A stretch of 64,000 bases of DNA from positions 1,813 to 65,812 of the forward strand of contig CAJLCI010000005.1 of NCBI GenBank assembly GCA_905205065.1, written 5' to 3'. Shown piece by piece: positions 16,184 to 25,783 of this stretch. Below the pieces are notes generated by a model. The model was not told where the DNA came from and made no database searches. It saw only the letters and a list, made by a program, of their open reading frames with translations. The translations under genes and the position numbers were made by a program. This stretch comes from an uncultured Eubacteriales bacterium. GTDB lineage: Bacteria; Bacillota; Clostridia; Oscillospirales; CAG-272. The stretch's first letter is position 1. The number at the start of each line of letters is the position of its first letter.

Positions 16184-17616
16184 TGGCTCATGGCAGGGCC
16201 GGGTTCTTCCGGTGCCATGTCAGGCGAGGTATCCTCCTTTGCCGGAGGAGCCAGGATTGCCGGATTGACAACGCCTTCGCCGCTGTATCCAAACATCTGA
16301 TTATGCCATTGCCGCAGTTCCTCGCCATGTTCCCAATAGTGACACAGCAGATTGACCGCCTGCCCGTACATAAAGCCGGTAATGCCATCCGTATCCGCCG
16401 GATGATTGGTGCGCTCGGCGGCCTCCGCTACAGAAGCCCCGTCTTTGATTTCCTGTTCCATCATCCGGCTCCAACGCTCGGCATAGCGGACAATCCCGTC
16501 ACTGCCTTTTTCTTTTCTCAGTTCCAGATAGTTTTTTTCCATTCCATCCCGGATGCAAAAAGGCGGAACAGAGCTGGTTCCCGGATCAGATAACATATCC
16601 TTTCGGGTAAAAAGTTCCCGGTTGCTGAATCTGCCCCAGGGATCGTCCTCCGGGACAACGTCCGGATATAACCGGGGAAGGAGCTGGCTGATTTCATCCA
16701 AGCTCATTTCATATAAGACTCGTTCCCCAATCATCCAGTCCTGATTTTCCTGCATTGGCTCTTTTAATTGCGCCATCAGATCCAGGCTACTGGCTGGATA
16801 TTCGTCTTTCTCAAACCGGAAGGTCTGATAAAACTGCCGGAAAGTATGCATTTCGACAGCGTGATCCAACGCTCCCTCAACATCCAGGGAAGACCATTGC
16901 TGTTCCATGAGGGCATATTCCTGATCCAAATGAACGTCCAAAAGCTCCATGAGGGCAGCATGATCAGTCATACCGGCTGCGGTCTCATCCAGCTTGTAAT
17001 ACTCCGCCAGCTTCTCCCTGTTCAGTTCCACATCTTCTAAAAGGAGCCTTGCGTTAGGGCCGATTTCAAAATATCCGCCCTGGTCATATGCCTGCGCCAG
17101 CGTAGCCAGAGGCGATTCTTCTTCTGCCAGGGCCGCTAAATATCCCTGATCGTAGCTGGCGCTGCATTGCTCCAGGTTGCGATAGACGGTCTGCACCACA
17201 CAAATCTCAGGGAGCTTTTCATAGAAGGCATCTTTCCCTTGCGAAAAAGCAGCGTTCCAGTGACTCTGATAGGCTTCGTATTCTGCCTGCAGTTTCGGAT
17301 GCAGCGTATCCAATACCTCCGGATTGCCAAAGTAGCGGTAATAGTGAGTCGGCGGCAGGACGGTCATCCCCGGCATGTGCAGATAGGCATCCTCTTTCGT
17401 CCATGCGGCGATTTCCTCCAGGGTAGCGTTCCGGTTTGGCTCCCCGTTTTCATACCAACAGGGATGGTCTACGATCTGAAAACTGCGGAGCTGCTCCCTG
17501 GCAAGCAGCTCCTGAATCGCCGGGTGCTGATCCAATTCTCCGCTATCCGGCACGAACAGATCCAGCATGGTTTCTCCAGGTTTTAAGCGGATCTCACATC
17601 GATGGAATATGACCAT
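16180..17616 (-). CDS. hypothetical large ICE protein
   Basis: 478-aa acidic ORF with no catalytic motif recognised. Confidence 0.55.
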   Translation of the reverse strand: MVIFHRCEIRLKPGETMLDLFVPDSGELDQHPAIQELLAREQLRSFQIVDHPCWYENGEPNRNATLEEIAAWTKEDAYLHMPGMTVLPPTHYYRYFGNPEVLDTLHPKLQAEYEAYQSHWNAAFSQGKDAFYEKLPEICVVQTVYRNLEQCSASYDQGYLAALAEEESPLATLAQAYDQGGYFEIGPNARLLLEDVELNREKLAEYYKLDETAAGMTDHAALMELLDVHLDQEYALMEQQWSSLDVEGALDHAVEMHTFRQFYQTFRFEKDEYPASSLDLMAQLKEPMQENQDWMIGERVLYEMSLDEISQLLPRLYPDVVPEDDPWGRFSNRELFTRKDMLSDPGTSSVPPFCIRDGMEKNYLELRKEKGSDGIVRYAERWSRMMEQEIKDGASVAEAAERTNHPADTDGITGFMYGQAVNLLCHYWEHGEELRQWHNQMFGYSGEGVVNPAILAPPAKEDTSPDMAPEEPGPAMSQ

Positions 17617-17636
17617 TCCTTAATTGCCCCCTTCCA

Positions 17637-17978
17637 TCAGAGAATCGACCAGATGTACATGGGAGCGGTCAGGGTAAAGATCAGGCAGGCGAACAGGATG
17701 CATGGGGCTGCGAATTCAAACTGCCCATGCTTTCTGTAGTCGAAGTAAGCGGTGCCGACCTTGACAAAGAACAGGATGGCCAGGATCATATCCACCACCG
17801 GGAATACCACGTTGTTGACGACCGTTTTGATCTGTGTCTGGGCCTGCGTCCAGGTCTGTTCAATGGCCCCGGCCACGTCACCGGCGGCGAAGGCGGGCAT
17901 GGCGCTGGCTGCCACCAGCAAGGTCACCATGGCTGCAGACAGAAGAATCTTCGTAGTTTTTTTCTTCATAAGTTGCAT
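17637..17978 (-). CDS. Maff2-like / pilin-like small secreted membrane protein
   Basis: The start is moved to M29 (AGGAGG upstream). Signal peptide KILLSAAMVTLLVAASAMPAFAAGD, followed by two hydrophobic helices. Confidence 0.5.
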   Translation of the reverse strand: MQLMKKKTTKILLSAAMVTLLVAASAMPAFAAGDVAGAIEQTWTQAQTQIKTVVNNVVFPVVDMILAILFFVKVGTAYFDYRKHGQFEFAAPCILFACLIFTLTAPMYIWSIL

Positions 17979-18090
17979 TATCCTCCTATCAAAATGGGGA
18001 GGAATGTCTGGCGGCAGACGCCTTCGGCATACAGGAACCGCTTTATAACGTCTGCCGCACAAAACGATTCCTCTGTGTCGAAGTTACATT

Positions 18091-18420
18091 TTACGGCGCT
18101 TTGCCGCTTGCGAATTGTTTCTCCGTGATTGTCCGGATCTTCAGACCTAAGTTCTGGCAGAAGCGGATTTCCTCGCGCATGCCCGCCGAAACATGATCCC
18201 CGAAGATCCACAGCTCATCGCACAGCCAGAGTAGACTCCTTCCGGCCTGCATACCGAGCTGCCTTTCCTCTGGATTGCCATCCTCCAGAACAAGGGCATA
18301 AAAATGAGGGACAACCGGAGCTGCCCCACAGGAGAAAACATATCTTGCATACTGCCTGGCCCGTTCCAGGTTGGCGGTAACATCACCGCCCAGCGGGGAG
18401 CAGATATACACCTTCTTCAT
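18091..18420 (-). CDS. DUF4406 / nucleoside 2-deoxyribosyltransferase-like superfamily protein
   Basis: MKKVYICSPLGGD...APVVPH...CDELWIFGDHVSAGMREEI matches the pattern I recall for this family. The ATG at 18420 sits 1 nt after the adhesin stop (coupled). Confidence 0.5.
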   Translation of the reverse strand: MKKVYICSPLGGDVTANLERARQYARYVFSCGAAPVVPHFYALVLEDGNPEERQLGMQAGRSLLWLCDELWIFGDHVSAGMREEIRFCQNLGLKIRTITEKQFASGKAP

Positions 18421-18421
18421 C

Positions 18422-21400
18422 TTACTCGTCATCCTTGTTCTTTTTACGGATAATGAAAAGAGCGACCAGGCCGCCCAGGGCGATGGCACCCAGGCCGATC
18501 CAGAAGCCTGTCATGCTGTTGTCACCGGTCTGCGGCACATCCACAGTCGGGATCTTTTCGTTGGTCATTTCCGCTTTCACAATCTCACCATCCTCTCTGA
18601 TCTCAAAGGAATGCGGTGTCGTGTCGATTTGGTAACCATCCGGCGCATCGAATTCCTCGTAGGTGTATTTTCCATACTCCAGCGTGAAGCGGGCAATCCC
18701 GTTCTCATCGGTATAGCCCTCGGCCACCACGTTGCCATCCTCATCCTTAATGCGGAAGCCCGCATTCGGCAGGAGCTTTCCATCGGAGATGTCCTTCTTG
18801 GTAATTTCCAGCTCGCCGGTGATTGGCTTGTTCTCAATGTTGCCCAGCTCGATCACCTGGCCGTCCTCATCGATCTGTACCTCGAAGATCTCATCGGAAA
18901 GGACATAGCCCTCCACGGTAGAAATCTCTTTGATCTGCCAGATTCCATAAGGCACATCTGCAAAGGAGAAGCTGCCATCCTCCGCGGATTCCGCAGTCAG
19001 GATCGCATTTTCCTCTGTAAACTCCGTGCAGTCTGCTTTAAACAGCCCAAAGACTGCGCCGGGGAGCGGCTCTCCGTTTTCATCCACCTTGACGCCGCTG
19101 ATGCTGCCACGGATGATCTCGTTGAGGATTGCATCGCCATCATTGACCACGATCTCCACCACAGCGGTGTCCTCGCCGCCATACTCAAAGACCACCGGAT
19201 AGGTTTCCTCAGAAATCAGGTAATGCTCGTTGGTGGAGTATTCCTTCACATAGTAGGAGCCAATGGGCAGGTCTGCCGAGAAGGTCAGGGTGCCATCCGC
19301 CTGTACGCCAGCGATCTCAATCAGCCCATCCTTCGGGATGATTGTGCCATCGGCGGCAGTCAGGTCTTCGGATGCGTAGAGGGCGAAGTAAACATTGAGG
19401 ATTTCATCGCCGGTGCCGATCTCGAACAGCTCATCCTTCTCCAGATCCTTATAGAGCTTCACCAGGACTTTCTGGCGCTCATTGTAGATGGAGACGGAGG
19501 TGCTGGTGACTGCCACTTCCTGTCCGGCGTACTTAAGCTCTACAGAAATGGGTTCCTCATTCAGCACCATGCCATAAGGCGCTTTGGTTTCTACGATTTC
19601 GTATTTGCCCAGGTACAGCTCCGTGCTGGTGGCAGTGCCATCCGCCGCAGTAGTCAGGGTATCCACAACCTCGCCTGCGCTGTAACGGAGGGTGCCATCC
19701 GGCGTAACAATGTCTTCCGCAGCCCGGATCTCAAATTCGGCTCCTTCCAGACCGGATTCCGCGTAGATTGGCTTATACCGGTCCTGCAGCTTTCCTTCCT
19801 GAATCTCCACGGAAGAGAACACCTCGCCGGTTTTCTCAATGGTGATGGTCCCTTTCTGCGGGGCGTTTTCTTTCTCTGCAATGACCAGGACAATGCCATC
19901 TTCGCTGACCGCATTCTCCGGTGTCACATCAAAGAATACGGGATCGGAATTCAGGACATATCCGTAAGGCGCTTTGACCTCAACGATAGAATAGCCTTCC
20001 CCAAAAGGAAGTACCTCCGGCGTAATGAGCCAGCCTTCCTCATTGGTCACAAACTGGGTATGCTCCTGTACCTCCGGATAGGTGGTGGTCATAGTAACCA
20101 GGTTGCCATCGGGATCGTAGATTTCAAAGGTAGCCCCGGCGTAGGGAATGGTTTCTCCCGTTTCCGCATCCACCTTGACGATCTTCAGATAGGCTTCAAA
20201 CTCAGCGTTGTTGATGAGGTACTTATAGGTCTTTCCATGTTCGTTGATCGTGACCGTAAAGGCGGGCATATACTCGGTGCCATCCCAGCCCTTGGTCTGT
20301 TCCACAACATATTCCCCATAGGGGAGCTTCTTGCTCTGAGCGAAGCCATCGGCATCACAGGTCAGGATATCCCGCTCATCCGGATCGGCGGCATCGTAGC
20401 TGCCTGCGGACTTCAGGTAAATCTGGAATTCGGCCCCTTCCTCCGGTGTCTCGATCTGAGTGCTGCCATCGTCCGTGTGCTTGATGATGGCAATATCGCC
20501 CTTGATCACATCTTCGCCTACGCCTACCGGGATGGTGTTATGCTCGATGGTGAAGTTCCCGGCATCGGCTCCCACCTCATGGACGGTTTCATCCAGCAGA
20601 TAGCCCGGACTCGGCTCGATCTCCCGGATTGTCCAGTCAGGACCGCAAATGTACTCCGCTGTCGTAAAGGAGCCATTTTCATCGGTGGTATAGGTGTCCA
20701 CAAGATCCTCTCCGTTGTAAAGGCCATATTTCGCTCCGGCAAGGGTTGCATCGCCCTGGGCCTCGCCCTTTTCACTGTCGCTCTTGGTAAGCTCCACGGT
20801 GAATTTCTTCAGGATATTAGAAAATTCCACAGTAGCCACCTGACCGGCATAAACCGTCACGGTCTGGGAATCCTGCGGCACATAGCGGTCTTCCGACAGC
20901 TCGGTGATGGTGTAATCCCCAGGCTTCAGGTTATCGATCTGGATCTCCCCATTCGGACCGGTCTGGACAGTCTGGTCTACACCATTCCCTGTGATCTGGA
21001 AGGAAAGACCCTCCACGATGCCATCCTCGGAAGTCTTAATAATCTTGGCGGAGCCATAGCTTACCTTCAGGTTCACAAAGCCCTGAACGGAATCGCTAAC
21101 GGTTTCAGCAAATGTGGCCACGTCCTGGACGCCGCCGCCCATGTTTCCATCTGTCCAGGTGATTACGCCATAACGGGTGGCCTCTTTATAGGCGGTGATG
21201 GTCATGAACTCGCTGGGCGCTTCGGCGGCTGTGATGATGAGCTGGTTGCCCTCCACAGAGCAGTTAACGCCGGACTCACTGGCAGAGAAACTGAACGATC
21301 CCACTACATTGTTCTCATCGGTAAGAACCGCCTTGTACTGGCTGCCATCCCATTCAAACTCAAAAGCCTGGGCGCTGTCTGCGGTCTTGCTCATAAAGCT

Positions 21401-22072
21401 GGGCAGTTTGGTATGGTTCTGTACGTTTGCGGCCATGCTGTTGTAGTAGTTCATGATCTGGCTGTACAGCGGATGTCCGGTGCTGATCTGATCCAGCACT
21501 GCGTCGTAGCCGCCGGTGTCCACCTTCTGGAAGTTGGAATCCCGTTCCCCAACTACCGTTTCCCAAACAAGGAGCTGGGTTGCGATCAGGTGGGACAGGT
21601 TATCCGCTCCTGCATTCTGGCTGCGCCAGTCCAGGGAGATGTTGCCGGTATAGCCATACTGAAAGATCCGGCCAATAAAGGTCTTGATCTCATCCGGCGA
21701 GATGGTGCTGTTGAGATTCGAGGGATAGTTATCCCAAAAGTTCTCATCCCACTTGGTCAGCACATCCCCGGTATTCTGCGTGATACCAGGCTCGATGCAG
21801 TAGCAGGCGGTTCCTGAATAGGAGCCCATAGCCCGGATGGTAGTAACGTCAGAGCGCCCGCTTGACCAGCCATTCATGTACTGGAGATTTGGATGGCCCC
21901 AATCGCCGTTATAGTTAGCATCCCCGTCACGGGGGAAAGAGATCATATAGACCTCCGCCTGCTCGCCAGCGGCATAGGCAGTGGTCGTTCCAAGACCGAT
22001 AAAACTGGAGAGGCACAGAATCATCGCCATAAATGCAGTGAGGCCCCTCTTGAAAACGCTTGTTTTCGACAT
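18422..22072 (-). CDS. Sortase-anchored surface adhesin: thioester (TIE) domain plus about eight Cna-B/SpaA-type repeats
   Basis: Signal peptide (start moved to ATG 22072, AGGAGG upstream). Thioester motifs CYCIEP and ATQLLVWE. Repeats of the G(A/T)xFx(I/L)...DENG type. C-terminal VPQTG, then a TM helix, then RKKNKDDE. Confidence 0.85.
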   Translation of the reverse strand: MSKTSVFKRGLTAFMAMILCLSSFIGLGTTTAYAAGEQAEVYMISFPRDGDANYNGDWGHPNLQYMNGWSSGRSDVTTIRAMGSYSGTACYCIEPGITQNTGDVLTKWDENFWDNYPSNLNSTISPDEIKTFIGRIFQYGYTGNISLDWRSQNAGADNLSHLIATQLLVWETVVGERDSNFQKVDTGGYDAVLDQISTGHPLYSQIMNYYNSMAANVQNHTKLPSFMSKTADSAQAFEFEWDGSQYKAVLTDENNVVGSFSFSASESGVNCSVEGNQLIITAAEAPSEFMTITAYKEATRYGVITWTDGNMGGGVQDVATFAETVSDSVQGFVNLKVSYGSAKIIKTSEDGIVEGLSFQITGNGVDQTVQTGPNGEIQIDNLKPGDYTITELSEDRYVPQDSQTVTVYAGQVATVEFSNILKKFTVELTKSDSEKGEAQGDATLAGAKYGLYNGEDLVDTYTTDENGSFTTAEYICGPDWTIREIEPSPGYLLDETVHEVGADAGNFTIEHNTIPVGVGEDVIKGDIAIIKHTDDGSTQIETPEEGAEFQIYLKSAGSYDAADPDERDILTCDADGFAQSKKLPYGEYVVEQTKGWDGTEYMPAFTVTINEHGKTYKYLINNAEFEAYLKIVKVDAETGETIPYAGATFEIYDPDGNLVTMTTTYPEVQEHTQFVTNEEGWLITPEVLPFGEGYSIVEVKAPYGYVLNSDPVFFDVTPENAVSEDGIVLVIAEKENAPQKGTITIEKTGEVFSSVEIQEGKLQDRYKPIYAESGLEGAEFEIRAAEDIVTPDGTLRYSAGEVVDTLTTAADGTATSTELYLGKYEIVETKAPYGMVLNEEPISVELKYAGQEVAVTSTSVSIYNERQKVLVKLYKDLEKDELFEIGTGDEILNVYFALYASEDLTAADGTIIPKDGLIEIAGVQADGTLTFSADLPIGSYYVKEYSTNEHYLISEETYPVVFEYGGEDTAVVEIVVNDGDAILNEIIRGSISGVKVDENGEPLPGAVFGLFKADCTEFTEENAILTAESAEDGSFSFADVPYGIWQIKEISTVEGYVLSDEIFEVQIDEDGQVIELGNIENKPITGELEITKKDISDGKLLPNAGFRIKDEDGNVVAEGYTDENGIARFTLEYGKYTYEEFDAPDGYQIDTTPHSFEIREDGEIVKAEMTNEKIPTVDVPQTGDNSMTGFWIGLGAIALGGLVALFIIRKKNKDDE

Positions 22073-22096
22073 TGATTTTTCCTCCTTGTTGGCAAA

Positions 22097-22126
22097 CAAA
22101 AAAGGACGCATCCGCAGATGTATCCT
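22097..22126 (-). terminator. Rho-independent terminator between the SpoVG-like gene and the adhesin gene
   Basis: Minus strand reads AGGAUACAUC-ugcg-GAUGCGUCCU followed by UUUUUG. It overlaps the over-extended track start of the adhesin ORF. Confidence 0.55.
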
Positions 22127-22182
22127 TTCATGCTGCCTGATTCCGTTTTCGTTACGTGCTTTGCCGGAATGCTCCGGCTGCT

Positions 22183-22557
22183 TTACATCTGAGGAGCCAT
22201 CCCTTCGGATGCATCCTCACTTTCGTCCAAGCCTTCCGCATCGTTTTGTTCCAGCTCCTGCTGATAGGCGGACAGAACCGCCTCATTGATGGCAGTGCGG
22301 TCATTTGCGTTCAGTGGGAAGAAGGTGTCCGAGTAATGAGTGTTTCCCTGCCTGTCCTGGTAGGATCGGCACGGCATCCGGGCAAAAAGTCCGTTCTTAC
22401 CCTCCATCACCGCAATGTCACGGACAACAAAGCGTCCGGAAATGCAGACACTGGCAAACGCCTTGGTATTGGAACCGGTGTCGCATAGGGCATCAATCTT
22501 GGCGCTGAAAGCCGGGGCTTTTTTCTTCTGCCCGGTTTCTGATTGTTTCGTTGCCAT
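22183..22557 (-). CDS. SpoVG-family nucleic-acid-binding protein (ICE-borne)
   Basis: FASVCISGRFVVRDIAVMEGKNGLFARMPCRSYQDRQGNTHYSDTFFPLNANDRTAINEAVLSAY matches the SpoVG fold pattern. Acidic tail. Confidence 0.65.
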   Translation of the reverse strand: MATKQSETGQKKKAPAFSAKIDALCDTGSNTKAFASVCISGRFVVRDIAVMEGKNGLFARMPCRSYQDRQGNTHYSDTFFPLNANDRTAINEAVLSAYQQELEQNDAEGLDESEDASEGMAPQM

Positions 22558-22578
22558 AATGGTTACCTCCTGTTTGAT

Positions 22579-23322
22579 TTACTGCAAAGTCATGCCTTCG
22601 GACGGGGTTTCCTCCGCCTCCGGCATCTCCATTGCCTCAAGTTTTTCTTTCGCCCAATCCGGCAGATATTCTGCGCTCAGGACTCCGATAAAATCGGAGC
22701 GGTTGAAAAAGGTAATCTGATCCTTTTCCCCGCTTAAGAATCTTCCAAACACGGTCTGCCTGGGAGCGCCGGGGATGCATCCCCATCCATCCTTGGCAAG
22801 GAAGAGCTGACGCTCCGGCGTCTGGTAGGCGCTGCCCAGGATATGGGGGTTCAGCACCAGCAGTTTCCCGGTATAGTCCTGATTCTGGCTGTTCTCCACG
22901 CAGTGGGCGGCGGTAAACAGGCCCAGGGCCTGCCATGCTTTCCGCACATCGCTGATGAACAGATCCGTCAGCCCCGGATGGGAACTCACTACAAACTGCC
23001 AGTTCTGATCCTCCTGTGGGATCGGGAAGGTTTCTGCCCATTGCCGGTTTTCCGGGGAGATACGGCCATCTTCCTTTTTCTGCTGTACGGTATTGGCCAG
23101 CACCCAATTCACACGGTTGAAGCCATACTGCCTAATGATCGGCTCCGCCAGATCCGGCCCCAGCCTTTCGCCATCATAATTTTCGGCAATGATCCGCTCA
23201 ATGGCCCTGGCGCAGTCGCAGTTGATCTTATAACTTTCCCGCCAGAGATCTTTTTCCTCATGCTGGACAGCCTCCTTCAGAGAATGACGGTAGAGGGGCT
23301 TTTTGCTATCCATAAAAATCAC
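22579..23322 (-). CDS. hypothetical ICE protein (DUF3849-like N-terminus)
   Basis: 247 aa; LYRHSLKEAVQHEEKDLWRESYKINCDCARAIE resembles DUF3849 (memory-based). Confidence 0.45.
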   Translation of the reverse strand: MIFMDSKKPLYRHSLKEAVQHEEKDLWRESYKINCDCARAIERIIAENYDGERLGPDLAEPIIRQYGFNRVNWVLANTVQQKKEDGRISPENRQWAETFPIPQEDQNWQFVVSSHPGLTDLFISDVRKAWQALGLFTAAHCVENSQNQDYTGKLLVLNPHILGSAYQTPERQLFLAKDGWGCIPGAPRQTVFGRFLSGEKDQITFFNRSDFIGVLSAEYLPDWAKEKLEAMEMPEAEETPSEGMTLQ

Positions 23323-23605
23323 CGCCCTTTTTCTCCGCCCATTTGACGGATAAATGGATCAGGGCCGCATGCTGTTCCTCCGGGGTAAGGCTGTTTAGGA
23401 ATTCCAGCAGTGAAACCTCATCATCCTTGGCCCGTTCCTTTGCCTTGCACTCATCGCAGATCTTTTCCCGTTTTACCACTACGGTGCGGTCATCCTGCTC
23501 GGTGAAAGACAGAATGTCATTGTAGGCAAAGCCCACACGCTTGCGGATTTCAAAGGGGATGGTAATGCGCCCCCGTTTACCGAGGACACGGTACATCGAC
23601 CCCAT
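23306..23605 (-). CDS. AbrB/MazE/SpoVT-family DNA-binding protein
   Basis: GKRGRITIPFEIRKRVGF..NDILSF is the looped-hinge SpoVT-AbrB motif. The ATG at 23605 overlaps the upstream stop (ATGA). Confidence 0.65.
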   Translation of the reverse strand: MGSMYRVLGKRGRITIPFEIRKRVGFAYNDILSFTEQDDRTVVVKREKICDECKAKERAKDDEVSLLEFLNSLTPEEQHAALIHLSVKWAEKKGGDFYG

Positions 23606-23823
23606 CAGAACACCTCGCTTTCCTCGCAAGTATCCGCATGAGGGCAGTTCTCGCAATCGCCGTCACAGGCGATACCGTCTTCCATGCCATCCATCACCTC
23701 AATGACGATCCGGCCCTCCGAGGCGGAGTAGCGAAGCAGCGACAGCGGTTCGATGCCGGAGGCCATGAACAGATCGGCGGGGACAGGCATGAAAATAAAT
23801 CCCTTTACGATTTTTTCTTGCAT
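23605..23823 (-). CDS. small AbrB-like / Cys-rich acidic protein
   Basis: PVPADLFMASGIEPLSLLRYSASEGRIVIEV followed by CDGDCENCPHADTC. Start taken at ATG 23823. Confidence 0.4.
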   Translation of the reverse strand: MQEKIVKGFIFMPVPADLFMASGIEPLSLLRYSASEGRIVIEVMDGMEDGIACDGDCENCPHADTCEESEVF

Positions 23824-24785
23824 GATATAATACACTCCTTTAAGGTTTTTTCGTAATCGAAACTGGGATCGGAAAACAGCGTCATCTGATGCGGTTTCCG
23901 GCGTTCCCTCTCATACAGGTCATAGTTACCGATGAGCAGCTCCGGGAATTCCTTGCCCGCCTCGTATTTCTGCACCATGGAGTGGATGCGCTTAAAATCA
24001 AAGAACTCCGATCCCCGGTACAGATCCCGGATCTGTGGGCAGTCGTTGTAGGACACCAGCCATTTGCCTTTCGCATCTGCCAGGGCGCTTTGGAGCCGCA
24101 CATGATCTTCCCAGGTAAACCCGCACTCGTACACATACTCGCTGCTGAAATAGGGCGGATCACAGTAAAAGAAGGCGTCTGGACGGTCATAATGGCTGAT
24201 CAGCACTTCAAAATCCTGATTTTCGATGACAGCGTTCTCCATCCGGATGCTGAAATCCTGGATCAGCCCGAACAGGCTCCGGACAGAGAAGGGCTGGCAG
24301 GCAAAGCTCTTTCCCGAACTGGAATAGCTGTAACGGATGAGTTTTAGGAACATCACCGCCCGGCGCAGGTCATAATCATGCATGGCCTTTTTATACAGCT
24401 CCCGGATTTCCTCCGCTTTGATCTCTGGCAGGACAATGGTGGTCAGATCCAGCTCCTGATTTAAGAATTCATCCGTAAATTCTTCCTTCTGGAAAAACTT
24501 CTTTAAGACCAGGAAGTCATCCCTGGCGTTTAGAGGCAGAAAGCCCAGTTCCCGGATAAAAGACAGAGGCCGGTCACGCATACAGCGGAAGAGGTTTACC
24601 AGGTTCCCATTGTAATCGTTATAAACCTCGAATTTATCCGGCTCGGCCTTTCCGAGCAGCACTGCGCCGGAACCGCCGAAGGGTTCGATGTACCGCTCAT
24701 AGCGGATTGGGAACAGCGCATAGAGAATGTGGAGGATGGACGTTTTATTGCCCACCCAGCTCACAGGTGTTTTAATATTCACCAC
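23805..24785 (-). CDS. Orphan N6-adenine DNA methyltransferase (Dam/D12 class)
   Basis: Motif I EPFGGSGAV, motif IV DPPY (FYCDPPYFSS), N-terminal WVGNK. No endonuclease gene is adjacent. Confidence 0.85.
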   Translation of the reverse strand: MVNIKTPVSWVGNKTSILHILYALFPIRYERYIEPFGGSGAVLLGKAEPDKFEVYNDYNGNLVNLFRCMRDRPLSFIRELGFLPLNARDDFLVLKKFFQKEEFTDEFLNQELDLTTIVLPEIKAEEIRELYKKAMHDYDLRRAVMFLKLIRYSYSSSGKSFACQPFSVRSLFGLIQDFSIRMENAVIENQDFEVLISHYDRPDAFFYCDPPYFSSEYVYECGFTWEDHVRLQSALADAKGKWLVSYNDCPQIRDLYRGSEFFDFKRIHSMVQKYEAGKEFPELLIGNYDLYERERRKPHQMTLFSDPSFDYEKTLKECIISCKKKS

Positions 24786-24875
24786 CTCCTTGGCGGCACC
24801 AACCGCCCGGAAAGCAAGAAAGCCGGTACCAACCGTCTTAAAGGGCGATTGATACCGGCGTAAATTGATAGATAC

Positions 24876-24983
24876 TCAAAGTTTCGGCATATCCCGGTCA
24901 GCGCGGGATGCCGCCTGGCAGAGGGATAAAACCACAATCCCCATAATCCCTCCAACCACAGTTCCAGATAAAAATGCAGCCAT
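24876..24983 (-). CDS. 35-aa single-TM peptide (DUF3789-like)
   Basis: Not in the ORF track (below its size cutoff). AGGAGAGGTGA RBS, then ATG; translation MAAFLSGTVVGGIMGIVVLSLCQAASRADRDMPKL. Confidence 0.45.
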   Translation of the reverse strand: MAAFLSGTVVGGIMGIVVLSLCQAASRADRDMPKL

Positions 24984-25014
24984 CTTTCTTCACCTCTCCT
25001 TCGTTTCAAATGGT

Positions 25015-25596
25015 TTATAAGTCCATGTCCATCCCTTCCTCGAAATCCTCATCCATTTCATCCACAGAAGTGATGTTGACATAGTCTCCGATAATTACCA
25101 GGGCCTTATCATAGCTGCCGGATTCCCGAATGCGGCTCCGCATTTCCCTGGCTTGTTCCTCCATGCCATGTTCCTTGAGTGTCCGGCTGGCAATCCCCAT
25201 CAGGTTGAAGACGTTTCCGTTCTGCCCAATGAGAGGGCAATCCGGCTTTTGTGCCGGGGCTTTTTCTTCCAAAGGGCCTCCCAGCCGGTTATCCACGTAG
25301 TCGGAACACCACATGCTCCCGAACTGTTCACGGGTGTTCAAGCGCCAGATTGCCAGCTTTCCCATATCCAGCTTGACATCCTTAAAGGGGAAGAACAGGT
25401 TTGTCAGGCCCTGATGCTGAAAGACGGAAACGTGTTCGAACCGGCTCCCGTTTAATAAAATGTTTTCTTCGGCCAGCATGTCATTGATGCCGGTCGCCCA
25501 TTCCTGAAGATCCCCGCCGCAGCCCTGAAGGATCAGCCCTTCCGGAGTATCCGGACGCCGGAGCTGCTCGGCTTTGATTTCAGTGATTGTTGCCAT
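25015..25596 (-). CDS. hypothetical ICE protein
   Basis: 193-aa ORF with an acidic tail (DEMDEDFEEGMDMDL). Confidence 0.55.
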   Translation of the reverse strand: MATITEIKAEQLRRPDTPEGLILQGCGGDLQEWATGINDMLAEENILLNGSRFEHVSVFQHQGLTNLFFPFKDVKLDMGKLAIWRLNTREQFGSMWCSDYVDNRLGGPLEEKAPAQKPDCPLIGQNGNVFNLMGIASRTLKEHGMEEQAREMRSRIRESGSYDKALVIIGDYVNITSVDEMDEDFEEGMDMDL

Positions 25597-25783
25597 GAAT
25601 CCTTCTCTCCATTTCTACTTGGTTCATCATCGCCTGTGTTTCGTTCAGGCGCTTATTCAGCTTTTCAATTTCCGCAGCGGTTTCCCGCTGATATTCCCGG
25701 TAACTGAACAGTGCCATGGCTGCCAGGGCGGTAATCGCCGCTCCCAGGATCAGGCCAAGAACAAAATCCAGAGCAAACATCAT
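25580..25783 (-). CDS. small membrane-anchored coiled-coil protein
   Basis: 67 aa; N-terminal TM helix (FVLGLILGAAITALAAMALF). Confidence 0.45.
   Translation of the reverse strand: MMFALDFVLGLILGAAITALAAMALFSYREYQRETAAEIEKLNKRLNETQAMMNQVEMERRIHGNNH

Noticed and set aside
18371-21817. 1,148-aa plus-strand ORF and other very long ORFs antisense to ICE genes (e.g. 5024-5737, 7453-8364, 9396-10202, 11978-12826, 12957-13733, 26245-27135)
   Set aside because: They lie exactly opposite well-supported minus-strand genes that have clear motifs. They have low-complexity Gly/Arg/Leu/His-rich composition and no RBS. These are typical shadow ORFs in GC-rich coding DNA.
24779-25009. 76-aa minus-strand ORF in the Dam upstream spacer
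   Set aside because: It has no RBS and an odd composition. A 35-aa TM peptide ORF in another frame (24876-24983) has a strong RBS and is the better explanation.
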